Positions 35,906-44,741 of a stretch of 64,000 nt of DNA are shown here, piece by piece; the stretch's first letter is position 1, and every line of letters begins with the position of its first letter. This DNA comes from Candidatus Magasanikbacteria bacterium RIFOXYD1_FULL_40_23 (GTDB lineage Bacteria; Patescibacteriota; Patescibacteriia; Magasanikbacterales; GWA2-37-8): NCBI GenBank assembly GCA_001783215.1, contig MFRA01000005.1:29845-93844 (forward strand). The letters run 5' to 3'. The notes under the pieces were generated by a model. The model worked only from the letters and a program-made list of their open reading frames with translations. It was not told the DNA's origin and did no database searches. A program made the translations under genes and the position numbers.

Positions 35906-36694
35906 ATGGAACAGTTAACTACACAATTAAAAAGCCTTGGGCTGGGGGAATACGAGTCCCTGGTGTATGGTGTCCTTTTAAGTGCTTCTCCGGCAAGCGC
36001 TACTTTTATAGCAAAAAAATGTAGTCTTTCTCGCAGTAGTGTATATACAACGCTTAGCAGTCTTATAGCCAAAGGATTAGTAGGCACAACTTACAAAAAT
36101 AATGTGAAGCAGTTTACAGTCCAGGACCAAACAGCCCTTGAGCAATTATTAAAGAAAGAAAAAGAAGCGTTGGATAAAAAATTTAAATTAGTGGAGTCTC
36201 TAAAAGATACGGCCAAGTTTTTTGGACGATCTGATATGCAAATACCACAGATTATATTTTTTGAAGGACAGGAAGGGCTAAAGAAAATATATTTGTCTAT
36301 GATGCGCCAGGCTCCAAAGAACTCCACACGTTATCTTTTGCGAGACGAGTTCGTGTGGCAGTCAGAATGGGAGTTTGTTTTTAAACAAGATTGGAACGAT
36401 ACAGTAAAACGATGGGCAGCAGAAAAGAAGATGAAGACAAAGCTATTGGTAAATTCGTCAAAACTAGAAAAGAGCAAAGCTAAATTTTATCAATCTCAAA
36501 AAGCTTTTGAATATAGATTTTTGCCTATTCAAAACGCTATTCAGCAGTTTGCCCAGTACATTATGGGAGACACTATTGCCATAATGTCCATGGAAAAAAA
36601 TAACTTCGTAGGTATTCAGATTACCAACAAGCATTTGGCCGATAATTTTAAAAATAATTTTGATACGCTTTGGAAAGCTTCTTCTGCTAAGTAA
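35906..36694 (+). CDS. TrmB-family HTH regulator
   Basis: LKSLGLGEYESLVY...SRSSVY...LIAKGLV; FFEGQEG; C-terminal FDTLW. Confidence 0.87.
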   Translation: MEQLTTQLKSLGLGEYESLVYGVLLSASPASATFIAKKCSLSRSSVYTTLSSLIAKGLVGTTYKNNVKQFTVQDQTALEQLLKKEKEALDKKFKLVESLKDTAKFFGRSDMQIPQIIFFEGQEGLKKIYLSMMRQAPKNSTRYLLRDEFVWQSEWEFVFKQDWNDTVKRWAAEKKMKTKLLVNSSKLEKSKAKFYQSQKAFEYRFLPIQNAIQQFAQYIMGDTIAIMSMEKNNFVGIQITNKHLADNFKNNFDTLWKASSAK

Positions 36695-36747
36695 GGGGCT
36701 TTGGTAATAGACAAAACGATTAGTTTTAGTTAGAATTGATTTTCAAT

Positions 36748-36832
36748 GGAGAGGTGTCTGAGTGGTTGAAAGTACCGCTCTCGAAAAGCGGTAGGCCGCA
36801 AGGCCTCGTGGGTTCAAATCCCACCCTCTCCG
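36748..36832 (+). tRNA. tRNA-Ser(CGA)
   Basis: GGAGAGG/CCTCTCC acceptor, CCGCT-CTCGAAA-AGCGG, variable arm with GCAA loop; CCA not encoded. Confidence 0.96.
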
Positions 36833-37037
36833 CAGCGTAATGAAATGAAGCGAGGAAGAGGAGAGACCAAACTGCTTTGGTCGCGAGTGGGGTTTGAACG
36901 CCGGAGCGATGTTTGGCGACGCAGGCGAGCGAGCTAAACCGCGAGGCGGCCCGCCCGGATGAATCCGTTCGGACGGGTGGCTAGACAAAATTTTCGGAAG
37001 AAAATTTTAGTCGAAGCAAAATCCCACCCCCCCCCGC
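36833..37037 (+). repeat. tRNA-linked structured insert ending in a copy of the tRNA 3' end
   Basis: AAATCCCACCC...CCGC at 37018-37037; anti-T-arm GTGGGGTTTGAAC at 36887-36899; several hairpins. Confidence 0.7.
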
Positions 37038-37050
37038 TTTTTAATAGTAT

Positions 37051-37155
37051 TTTATAGGTTTATATAGTAAACTTATAAAATATCTTTAATCTTTATAGGT
37101 TTTATACTAAAAGTTATAAATTAACCTTGACTTTTATAGGTTTTTGTGGTATAAT
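37051..37155 (+). promoter_or_regulatory. Operator array and promoter
   Basis: TTTATAGGTTT at 37051, 37092, 37133; TTGACT 37127, TATAAT 37150. Confidence 0.7.
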
Positions 37156-37163
37156 ATTTTCAT

Positions 37164-37889
37164 ATGAATGAAATAAAATTACGAATAGGCGAAGCTGCAA
37201 AGATACTGGGAGTATCGGAGCAAACCATGCGAAACTGGGAAAAATCTGGCAAACTTCGTGCCGAGCGAAGTAGAGGGAATCAGCGCTTTTATTTATTAAA
37301 AGACCTCAAAATTTTTTCCCTTGATTTAAAAGTATTGGCTTTAGCATGGGCTACAAGTGCTTTACCACCAGAACTTCCTAGCGAATATTACTGTGAGCGA
37401 CCAGATCGTTTTACAAGTCGAGTGGCCAGGATGGGTGCCGAACTTCAGAAGGCTGGAGGAGTGTCAGAAGATTTAGCATCTCTTCTAACCCTTGTTGCTG
37501 GGGAAATTGGTGATAATTCTTTTGCTCACAATGTTGGTAATTGGCCGGATCTTGCGGGTGTGTTTTATGGATACAACATAGATAAGCGAATTATAGTAAT
37601 TGCAGACCGAGGACGTGGTGTGAAAACAACACTTCAGCAAGTCAGACCCAATCTTGCAACGGATATAGAAGCTCTTAATGTAGCTTTTACAGAAATTGTT
37701 TCTGGAAGAAATCCGGAAAAGCGTGGCAACGGACTCAAAGTGGTTCGTAAAGTGACAGAGTCAAAAGAAATCGGTCTTTTATTCCGTTCGGGTATCGGGC
37801 TCGTTACCATACCCATTCATCCCGGACCGATGCGAATAACGATGACTGATGGAAATGTTCGCGGAACATATGCTGTTATACAATTTTAA
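37164..37889 (+). CDS. MerR-like HTH fused to GHKL/HATPase-like domain
   Basis: IGEAAKILGVSEQTMRNWEKSG; EIGDNSFAH, IADRGRG, RGNGL. Confidence 0.85.
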   Translation: MNEIKLRIGEAAKILGVSEQTMRNWEKSGKLRAERSRGNQRFYLLKDLKIFSLDLKVLALAWATSALPPELPSEYYCERPDRFTSRVARMGAELQKAGGVSEDLASLLTLVAGEIGDNSFAHNVGNWPDLAGVFYGYNIDKRIIVIADRGRGVKTTLQQVRPNLATDIEALNVAFTEIVSGRNPEKRGNGLKVVRKVTESKEIGLLFRSGIGLVTIPIHPGPMRITMTDGNVRGTYAVIQF

Positions 37890-37900
37890 ACATATTAAAT

Positions 37901-38215
37901 ATGCAAACCATCCAACTTAAAAAATTTGGCAACGTACTTGTTTCTCGACCAGCAGGCCTGGAAGCTTTTAATGCTATTCGCCCACAACTTAATCCTGATA
38001 CACCTATTGAAATTGATTTTGACCAAGTATTAACTGTAACGCCTTCATGGCTTGATGAATTTTTAACACAACTTACAGATTATAATGGAGGAAAGGTGGA
38101 GTTGCTTCCTACTAAAAACGCGTCCGTACTTGCGGCACTGCCAGTATTGGCAGAGGCACGTAAAGATTTTGTTGCCGCTACTGTTTTGCGAGCTCTTAAG
38201 CAAATGCAAGGTTAA
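37901..38215 (+). CDS. STAS-like (DUF4325-type) protein
   Basis: LVSRPAG, IDFDQV...TPSWLDE. Confidence 0.8.
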   Translation: MQTIQLKKFGNVLVSRPAGLEAFNAIRPQLNPDTPIEIDFDQVLTVTPSWLDEFLTQLTDYNGGKVELLPTKNASVLAALPVLAEARKDFVAATVLRALKQMQG

Positions 38216-38306
38216 AATTATATATTAAGTGTTTTTATTTGAACACTTTGCTTTAATATATCTAATATTATAAACAAATATTTAAGAATATTTAACTTAA
38301 CAAATC

Positions 38307-38678
38307 ATGGAAGAGATTGATGTAATTTATAATAGGTATGGAACGCCAATGTTAAGGTTGCTAGAAGATGGCAGGCTTGTTTCGTTCACGGGCAAAAGTA
38401 TTGGATTTATAAAAGAAAGTAATTTGTTTAATTACTCAGGGGAATATTGTGGATGGTTTGAAAATGGAATAATGAGAGATCAAAATGGACATTGTGTTGG
38501 GTTTGGGGAAAACGCAAGTGATTTCCCAGCACCATTTTTTCCCTTTAAGCAGTTTAAACCCTTTCCGGGATTTGTAGAATTTGAACCATTCCGTCCTTTT
38601 ACAGGATTTATTCCTTTTAAGCCATTAAAAACTTTTTCTTGGTCAGAAAAAGACCCGATAAGTTTATTTTTTAAATAA
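38307..38678 (+). CDS. Four-fold beta-flower-like protein
   Basis: Repeated x-N/D-x-x-G-x-x-h-G units followed by P-F-K-P-F-type repeats. Confidence 0.65.
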   Translation: MEEIDVIYNRYGTPMLRLLEDGRLVSFTGKSIGFIKESNLFNYSGEYCGWFENGIMRDQNGHCVGFGENASDFPAPFFPFKQFKPFPGFVEFEPFRPFTGFIPFKPLKTFSWSEKDPISLFFK

Positions 38679-38679
38679 T

Positions 38680-39036
38680 ATGTCGGGGAATAATAATGGA
38701 AAAAATAAGAATGATTTAACACCAAGGGAGCAAAAGACCACGGCTGCTTTTAAGATGCTTTCAGGTCAAAATGATACGCTTAAAAAATCACTAAAAAAAA
38801 CACAGGATGAGCTGGAGAAGATGCGTGCTGAAAAATTTCAGCACGAAAAAAGAAATGCAGTTTTAGAAAATAAACAAAAAACTTTAATTTGGATCGAAAT
38901 TTTTAAATTTTTGTCGAGTGCCGGAGTTGGTTTTGCCATCAATTATTATTTTATAGGAAATGTCAGCTATGCCCTTGTTGTCGGAATACCGTCACTTCTC
39001 CTTTTTATTGTAGTTGAATTTTTATCAAATAAATAG
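38680..39036 (+). CDS. Coiled-coil plus two-TM protein
   Basis: Charged coiled coil, two C-terminal hydrophobic helices. Confidence 0.7.
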   Translation: MSGNNNGKNKNDLTPREQKTTAAFKMLSGQNDTLKKSLKKTQDELEKMRAEKFQHEKRNAVLENKQKTLIWIEIFKFLSSAGVGFAINYYFIGNVSYALVVGIPSLLLFIVVEFLSNK

Positions 39037-39067
39037 TAACGAGGCCGTGCTAAAGCCTCGTATAGAC

Positions 39068-39877
39068 CTACTCATTCACCAGCCGCTTTGAGCGCTCTGC
39101 CAGCGCCAGAAGTTCGGCATTGGTATATTTCTTCCGCACGATTGGTTGCCAGTCGTGTCCGGCAAACGTCGGGTCGTACGGATTTACCGACCTAACCCAG
39201 CCAAGGTGTGGCAAAACTTCCATCGGGTCGTTTGGGTTTACACGCGTGTAGTGGATTACTTGGCAATTGCCGATTTTGAACCATTTCTGGTTTTCGCTTT
39301 CCACCGTATGGTAGGTATCTGCGGTCATGTGCTCCAAGATAATGCGAAAGGCCTGCATCAGGCCGCCGTGCGAGACAATAATCACCTGCTTGTCTGCCAT
39401 CTCGCGATGTAGTGTGCTGAGAATATTGGTGCGAAGTCGATCGCAAATCTCTGGAATGGATTCTCCATCGGGCCAAGGCGCGTAGAGTAGATGCTGTTGG
39501 CGCAGCCGCATATACCTTTGGAACTGTTCTTTCCGCGTACTGTTGGCAAGCATATCCACTTGGCCATGATCGCGTTCGCGAAGCTGGAAGTCCATATTCC
39601 AATCTGCATCTGGCAGATCCAGCAGTGCAGCCGTTTCTACGGCTCGTGTATATTCCGACACGTAGTAGCCGTCAAATCGGTCTAGTCCTTGGCTTTTTAG
39701 CCAGTCGCCAGCCATTTTGGCCTGCACTTTGCCTTTGTCAGTGAGTCGCAGTTTAGTGCTGTGCCTGTTTAGAAATTCTGGCGTGAAGTCGGAGTTGTCT
39801 CCTTTGCGCGAACGCCTGTTGGCAATGTTACCTTCGGATTCGCCGTGGCGAACAATTACAAGATTGAGGGGGAGCAT
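39068..39877 (-). CDS. Histidine phosphatase (PGM-like)
   Basis: VRHGESEGN, RAVETA, LRERDHG, VSHG. Confidence 0.92.
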   Translation of the reverse strand: MLPLNLVIVRHGESEGNIANRRSRKGDNSDFTPEFLNRHSTKLRLTDKGKVQAKMAGDWLKSQGLDRFDGYYVSEYTRAVETAALLDLPDADWNMDFQLRERDHGQVDMLANSTRKEQFQRYMRLRQQHLLYAPWPDGESIPEICDRLRTNILSTLHREMADKQVIIVSHGGLMQAFRIILEHMTADTYHTVESENQKWFKIGNCQVIHYTRVNPNDPMEVLPHLGWVRSVNPYDPTFAGHDWQPIVRKKYTNAELLALAERSKRLVNE

Positions 39878-39958
39878 TTTGTTTTTCCTTGGTTTGGGTT
39901 GGTTGTTAATGAACTGTCTGAAAGTAATATAACAAGGAAATAAAAATTATGTATCAAA

Positions 39959-39980
39959 ATAGATACTAAAGTGTATCTAT
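39959..39980. promoter_or_regulatory. Palindromic operator candidate
   Basis: ATAGATAC-TAAAGT-GTATCTAT; half-site AAGTGTATCT repeated at ~40037. Confidence 0.55.
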
Positions 39981-40059
39981 GCATTTTTAATCTGGGCTAT
40001 TGACCCTTTGTTTAAAGAGGTTTATACTATAAATATAAGTGTATCTTTTTATATACAGT

Positions 40060-40782
40060 GTGAAAGAATTACTAATAAAACTCGGTCTATCTACAATAGA
40101 AAGTGCTCTATACGAAGCTTTGGTAACAAAAGGGTCTTTGTCTGTTTCGGCGCTTGCCGAAGCTAGTGGTTTGTATCGCCCACAGGTATATAAATACCTT
40201 CCAGGTTTAATAGACAAAGGTTTGGTTACAGAAACTCGACACGGAAGCAGAGTGGTATATATGGCTGAGTCGCCACGACATCTGGAAAAATTAATAGATA
40301 ACTTGAAAAGCGAAGTTTGCGGACAGATGCCACAACTGCTCAAACTATATTCCAATACAGAGAGCCGTCCGACTGTTAGTTATTTTGAAGGTGAAAAGGG
40401 AATTCGTCATATCTACAAAGATTTGGTAGCCACATGCAAAAAAGGCGATATTTTTTATCGATACGAATCACCACGCAACTACCATGCAGTCCGTAAATAT
40501 TTACCTCAAGAATACTATGATCGTTTTCGAGATAGCGCCGAGGTAGAACGCCTGATAATTACCAACGAAGTGACCAAGCAACAGAAAAAAGAACGTCTTG
40601 GCCGTATTATCAAGGTGGTTCCACCAAAGTACGATTTGTTTGACTATGATATTTCCCAATTAATTTATGGAGACAAAGTAGCGTTTATAGATTTTCGTTC
40701 CGAAACTGCCAGCCTAATAGAGAGTCCGCTATTTGCCCAGTTCCAGCGAAAAATATTTAAACTTTTGTTTGATAAACTGTAA
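40060..40782 (+). CDS. TrmB-family HTH regulator
   Basis: LGLSTIESALY...RPQVY...LIDKGLV; YFEGEKGI; IYGDKVAFI. Confidence 0.87.
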   Translation: MKELLIKLGLSTIESALYEALVTKGSLSVSALAEASGLYRPQVYKYLPGLIDKGLVTETRHGSRVVYMAESPRHLEKLIDNLKSEVCGQMPQLLKLYSNTESRPTVSYFEGEKGIRHIYKDLVATCKKGDIFYRYESPRNYHAVRKYLPQEYYDRFRDSAEVERLIITNEVTKQQKKERLGRIIKVVPPKYDLFDYDISQLIYGDKVAFIDFRSETASLIESPLFAQFQRKIFKLLFDKL

Positions 40783-40787
40783 AATGT

Positions 40788-41441
40788 ATGGAAGAAAATA
40801 TTCTAATCTCAAAAATAGTTGCCGAAGTGAAATTAAAAATGGAAGGCGAAGGCTCCGGCCATGACTGGTGGCATGTATATCGTGTTTGGCAAATGGCCAA
40901 GCGAATTGGCGAGCAAGAAAAAGCAAATTTACTCATTGTAGAATTAGGCGCGCTTTTGCATGATATTGCTGATTGGAAATTTCATGATGGTGACGATACG
41001 GTTGGTCCGCGCGTGGCCGAAGAGATTTTGGCAAAGAATGAAGCATCCCAAGAAATAATTGAAGCAGTAAGTAAGATTATCTCAGAAGTAAGTTTTAAAG
41101 GTGTGGGTGTAAAAACAGAGCCATCTACACTTGAAGGTAAAGCTGTGCAAGACGCTGATAGAATTGATGCTCTTGGTGCAATTGGTATTGCGCGAGCATT
41201 TGCATATGGCGGACATAAAAATAGAGTAATGTATGATCCGAATATAAAACCAGTTATACATACAACTAAAGAGGAGTATATAAAAAGCGAAGGTACAACA
41301 GTCAATCATTTTTATGAAAAACTGCTCTTATTAAAAGATTTATTAAATACCGAGACAGCAAAGGAGATTGCCCAAAGCCGCCATAAATTTATGGCAGAGT
41401 ATTTAGATAGATTCTATAAAGAATGGGAAGGTACTATGTAG
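40788..41441 (+). CDS. HD-domain phosphohydrolase
   Basis: GHDWWH, LLHDIAD, VQDADRIDALGAIG, HFYEKLL. Confidence 0.93.
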   Translation: MEENILISKIVAEVKLKMEGEGSGHDWWHVYRVWQMAKRIGEQEKANLLIVELGALLHDIADWKFHDGDDTVGPRVAEEILAKNEASQEIIEAVSKIISEVSFKGVGVKTEPSTLEGKAVQDADRIDALGAIGIARAFAYGGHKNRVMYDPNIKPVIHTTKEEYIKSEGTTVNHFYEKLLLLKDLLNTETAKEIAQSRHKFMAEYLDRFYKEWEGTM

Positions 41442-41491
41442 TGTAGATAAAATTTAGAATGGTAGAATTATTATTAATTATAAAAATGTAT

Positions 41492-41572
41492 ATAGGGGCT
41501 AAAGCCACATATATACTCATTCGCTCGTAAATAATAAAACAAGTTTGATTATTTAACTCACTCATTTCGTAT
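41492..41572 (+). mobile_element. ~80-bp repeat, copy D, abutting ATG 41573
   Basis: ATAGGGGCTAAAGCCACATATATACTCATTCGCTCG-hairpin-ACTCACTCATTTCGTAT|ATG. Confidence 0.85.
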
Positions 41573-42190
41573 ATGCAATATAATGAATTAGCAACTAAAG
41601 AGGCCTTACAACAAACTATAGAAGCGCTTGGTAAAAAAAATATAGAAGCGTTTGCAGTAGAGAGTGGCGCAGACGCACTAGCAAAAGTAAAAGAATTGGT
41701 TCCGGCTGGTGCATCGATAATGAATGGCGCTTCTCGTACGCTAGAGCAAATTGGTTTTGTGGAACATCTAAAATCCGGCACTCATGGTTGGAACAATCTT
41801 CACGAAGGAATTTTGGCCGAAACAGATCCAGCCAAACAAGCAATGCTGCGCAAACAAGCAGTATTGTCGGATTATTATGTAGCTAGCGTGCATGCGGTAG
41901 CCCAAACCGGCGAATTACTTATTGCTTCTAACACAGGTAGTCAATTACCTCATATTGTTTTTACTTCTCCTAATGTTATTTTTGTCGTGGGAGCACAAAA
42001 GATTATGCCAACCCTAGCCGACGCTCTTAGTCGTTTGGAAGAATATGTAAAGCCGCTCGAAGACAAACGTGCGCAAGAGGCATATGGTTCCGGCACGGCC
42101 GACAATAAAATTGTAATCTTTAAAGGCGAAAATCCAATGATGGGCAGAAAAGTGAAAGTTATTTTTGTGAATGAAAAGCTTGGGTTTTAA
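41573..42190 (+). CDS. LUD-domain (lactate-utilisation-like) protein
   Basis: GASRTL, SVHAV...GELLIASNTGS, VVGAQKI, EKLGF. Confidence 0.85.
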   Translation: MQYNELATKEALQQTIEALGKKNIEAFAVESGADALAKVKELVPAGASIMNGASRTLEQIGFVEHLKSGTHGWNNLHEGILAETDPAKQAMLRKQAVLSDYYVASVHAVAQTGELLIASNTGSQLPHIVFTSPNVIFVVGAQKIMPTLADALSRLEEYVKPLEDKRAQEAYGSGTADNKIVIFKGENPMMGRKVKVIFVNEKLGF

Positions 42191-42192
42191 GT

Positions 42193-42271
42193 ATAAGGGC
42201 TTTGTCGTATACATACTCATTCGTTCGTATAAAGTTAAATATTTTTAACTTTATACTCACTCATTTCGAAT
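42193..42271 (+). mobile_element. ~80-bp repeat, copy E, abutting ATG 42272
   Basis: Fills almost the entire intergenic gap; ends ACTCACTCATTTCGAAT|ATG. Confidence 0.85.
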
Positions 42272-42841
42272 ATGCAAAACAGGATAGAGTTGGGTAAAAG
42301 AATTATAAATTATACTCTTCGTATAAGCAGGCGAGCTAGACATCTACGATTGGCTGTCTATAATGGCGGTGATTTTATCGTCACCGCCCCTCGGCACTTG
42401 AGCTTGCCCGCCATAGAGCGGTTTATTATTCGTAAATCCAAATGGGTGCTAGAAAAAATAGATAAACTGATTTCTCTGCCCAAGCCAGTAAAAATAAAAA
42501 GTTCCAGGATTGATTATATAAAATACAAAGCGGTAGCCAGAAAAATTGCCAGAGACAAGATGGGATACTTTAATAAGTTTTATGGGCATAGCTGGAAGAA
42601 TATTTCTATAAAAAATACAAAGACTCGCTGGGGTAGCTGTTCCAAGAAGGGGAATATTAACTTTAATTACAAAATAGCGCTTCTGCCTGAAAAGTTGGTG
42701 GATTATATAATCGTGCACGAGCTGTGCCATTTGGCGCAGTTTAACCACTCGCGAAAGTTTTGGAGTTTGGTAGCCCAAGCAGTCCCCGACCATAAACAGA
42801 TTAGAACAGAGCTTCGCAAGATTGGGCTAACTGCAGGCTAA
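42272..42841 (+). CDS. YgjP/DUF45-type zinc metallopeptidase-like protein
   Basis: KTRWGSCS, YIIVHELCH, NHSRKFW. Confidence 0.9.
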   Translation: MQNRIELGKRIINYTLRISRRARHLRLAVYNGGDFIVTAPRHLSLPAIERFIIRKSKWVLEKIDKLISLPKPVKIKSSRIDYIKYKAVARKIARDKMGYFNKFYGHSWKNISIKNTKTRWGSCSKKGNINFNYKIALLPEKLVDYIIVHELCHLAQFNHSRKFWSLVAQAVPDHKQIRTELRKIGLTAG

Positions 42842-42935
42842 AATAGTGATTTTTACTATAGAAAAGAACCCTGCAGGGGTTGCTTTTTTCTGTATTTGGT
42901 GGTAGTGTATGGCGAAGTGTTTTTAATGTAAAAAT

Positions 42936-43853
42936 GTGGTAAACAAAAAACTTTTTCATGTTACAGATATTGGCGTGCCCCACGGAAATGGGGTAGATTC
43001 CAACGTGCGTATTGCCAAACAATACCGCAGGCTTGGTGTTGATGTTTCTATTATCTCGGCCGGAGATTCACCTTGTCATATAGCTTTTGCTGGCTGTGCC
43101 GACCTTTCGCCAGATGCAGTAAAAAATGCCAACAACACAATGCTAAAATTAGGTTTAAAAATACCAGAGTCACTTCCAGTTTCTCTAAACAGCGCCCCTA
43201 GAAATAGTAAAACTACCCAGAACAATGCCAAAGAAGATTATATCTATCGTGTTAAATATACCGATAAGCCAGCTTTTCTTTTGTATGGTCCGGAAGTTCT
43301 AAAATGGGTTTTGGTTTTTTGTTCTAGAAAATGGGTACAAGTAGAAAAAATACTTTCTATTACAGATATTATCCCAGACACTTCTTGCGGGTCCCAGTTT
43401 AGATCTGCTCAACATTTGCCAATTGCTCACTTTTTGGAATCCGAAGGACGTTTGGAAGCAAACTCAAACAGAGAAGATGTAGATGTAAGTACCATTGCCG
43501 AAATTTTCCCTAACAGAGATAAAAATATTCTGGTTGTACCACCAGACGAATATGGTAATTGCAGATTGGTGGTAGATAAAATTTTGGCTGCCAAAATTTT
43601 GGCAAAAGGAAAAATTAAAATTGCCGGCATTAACAGTAAAGCGCTAAGCACTTGTGAATCTCTTACTTCGGTTGTTCCGGACAAGATTTCTATTTGGCCA
43701 AGCTCTAATTATCTTCCAGATACTACTCTGACTGTACTCAACATCGGTACAAGATGGAAGCCGGGTACAACCAAGACAACCAACAAAGAAGTAATTAAAC
43801 TCTCTCAAAAATTTGCCAAAGAAGTTGGTAAAACATACAAAATTAAAGTTTAA
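42936..43853 (+). CDS. Divergent SAM hydrolase/halogenase (DUF62)-like protein
   Basis: VTD near N-terminus, NSAPR, SQFRS, DEYGN, PSS in the order expected for the family. Confidence 0.5.
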   Translation: MVNKKLFHVTDIGVPHGNGVDSNVRIAKQYRRLGVDVSIISAGDSPCHIAFAGCADLSPDAVKNANNTMLKLGLKIPESLPVSLNSAPRNSKTTQNNAKEDYIYRVKYTDKPAFLLYGPEVLKWVLVFCSRKWVQVEKILSITDIIPDTSCGSQFRSAQHLPIAHFLESEGRLEANSNREDVDVSTIAEIFPNRDKNILVVPPDEYGNCRLVVDKILAAKILAKGKIKIAGINSKALSTCESLTSVVPDKISIWPSSNYLPDTTLTVLNIGTRWKPGTTKTTNKEVIKLSQKFAKEVGKTYKIKV

Positions 43854-43855
43854 AT

Positions 43856-44224
43856 ATGCAACTCAACCAATTAACTCCAGAAGAGGAAAGAGTTATTGAG
43901 CATAAAGGTACCGAAGCGCCATTTACGGGCGAGTACGAAGATTTTTTTGTAGAAGGGACATATCTTTGTCGCCGTTGTAATACGCCATTATATACTTCGG
44001 ATAGTAAATTTCATTCTGGTTGTGGTTGGCCAAGTTTTGATCAAGAGATATCCGGAGCAGTAAAAAAGACTATGGATGCCGATGGAAGTCGTACCGAAAT
44101 TACCTGTGCTACCTGTGGCGGACATTTGGGCCATGTGTTTACCGGAGAAAAATATACACCCAAAGACACTCGTCATTGTGTAAACTCTCTTTCTCTAAAA
44201 TTTGTTCCAAAAGAAAAATTATAA
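43856..44224 (+). CDS. msrB: Methionine-R-sulfoxide reductase
   Basis: [31 protein letters not shown]. Confidence 0.96.
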   Translation: MQLNQLTPEEERVIEHKGTEAPFTGEYEDFFVEGTYLCRRCNTPLYTSDSKFHSGCGWPSFDQEISGAVKKTMDADGSRTEITCATCGGHLGHVFTGEKYTPKDTRHCVNSLSLKFVPKEKL

Positions 44225-44273
44225 TTCTTCAAACAAAAAATCGACCGTATGGCCGATTTTTTGTTTGGTAATT

Positions 44274-44660
44274 TTAATTGAAATTTATATTAAAACTAAA
44301 CATTCCCATAGAGCACATTCCGCGAATGCTGGTGCCGGCCTTTTGCGCGGGCACATCTACCAAAGTCTCTCCGGAAGGTGGTAAATTTTTTCTATAATTT
44401 AGTGCTGGGATTACGAGAGATGAAGAGCAATCGAAAGTTCCTCTGGTATCTATCTTTATTACCGTGGGCATATCGGCTTTGGCATTGGTAATTCGTGGAG
44501 TATATCCACCCTTGGCGTTTATAGTTATAATCTGTTTGCCGTCTTTGATTTTTATATTATTGGCGCTAGGACCGGTATCTTTTTCTCCGCCAGAAAATAG
44601 TATAGCGCCGGTAATTACGGCAGCCACGAAGATAAAAATGGCAATAAAAGTTTTTTTCAT
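44274..44660 (-). CDS. Cupredoxin-domain protein
   Basis: N-terminal TM, GGYTP, C...CSMGM. Confidence 0.85.
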   Translation of the reverse strand: MKKTFIAIFIFVAAVITGAILFSGGEKDTGPSANNIKIKDGKQIITINAKGGYTPRITNAKADMPTVIKIDTRGTFDCSSSLVIPALNYRKNLPPSGETLVDVPAQKAGTSIRGMCSMGMFSFNINFN

Positions 44661-44740
44661 ATGCGAAGTGAGTGAGTAAAATATTTAGCTTACTAAAGTA
44701 TTTTCGAACGAACGAGTATGTATGTGGCTTCAGCCCCTAT
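44661..44740 (-). mobile_element. 80-bp repeat, copy F, abutting ATG 44660
   Basis: Occupies 80 of the 81 intergenic bases; ATAGGGGCTGAAGCCAC...CTCACTTCGCAT|ATG. Confidence 0.87.
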
Positions 44741-44741
44741 A

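Noticed and set aside
37051-37143. 41-bp periodic repeats as a mini CRISPR array
   Set aside because: The repeat is only 11 bp, the spacers resemble each other, it overlaps a promoter, and no cas genes are present.
29127-39036. Integrative element or prophage between or after the tRNA-Ser genes
   Set aside because: No integrase or phage genes; the tRNA-end duplications lie only ~130-200 bp from each tRNA.
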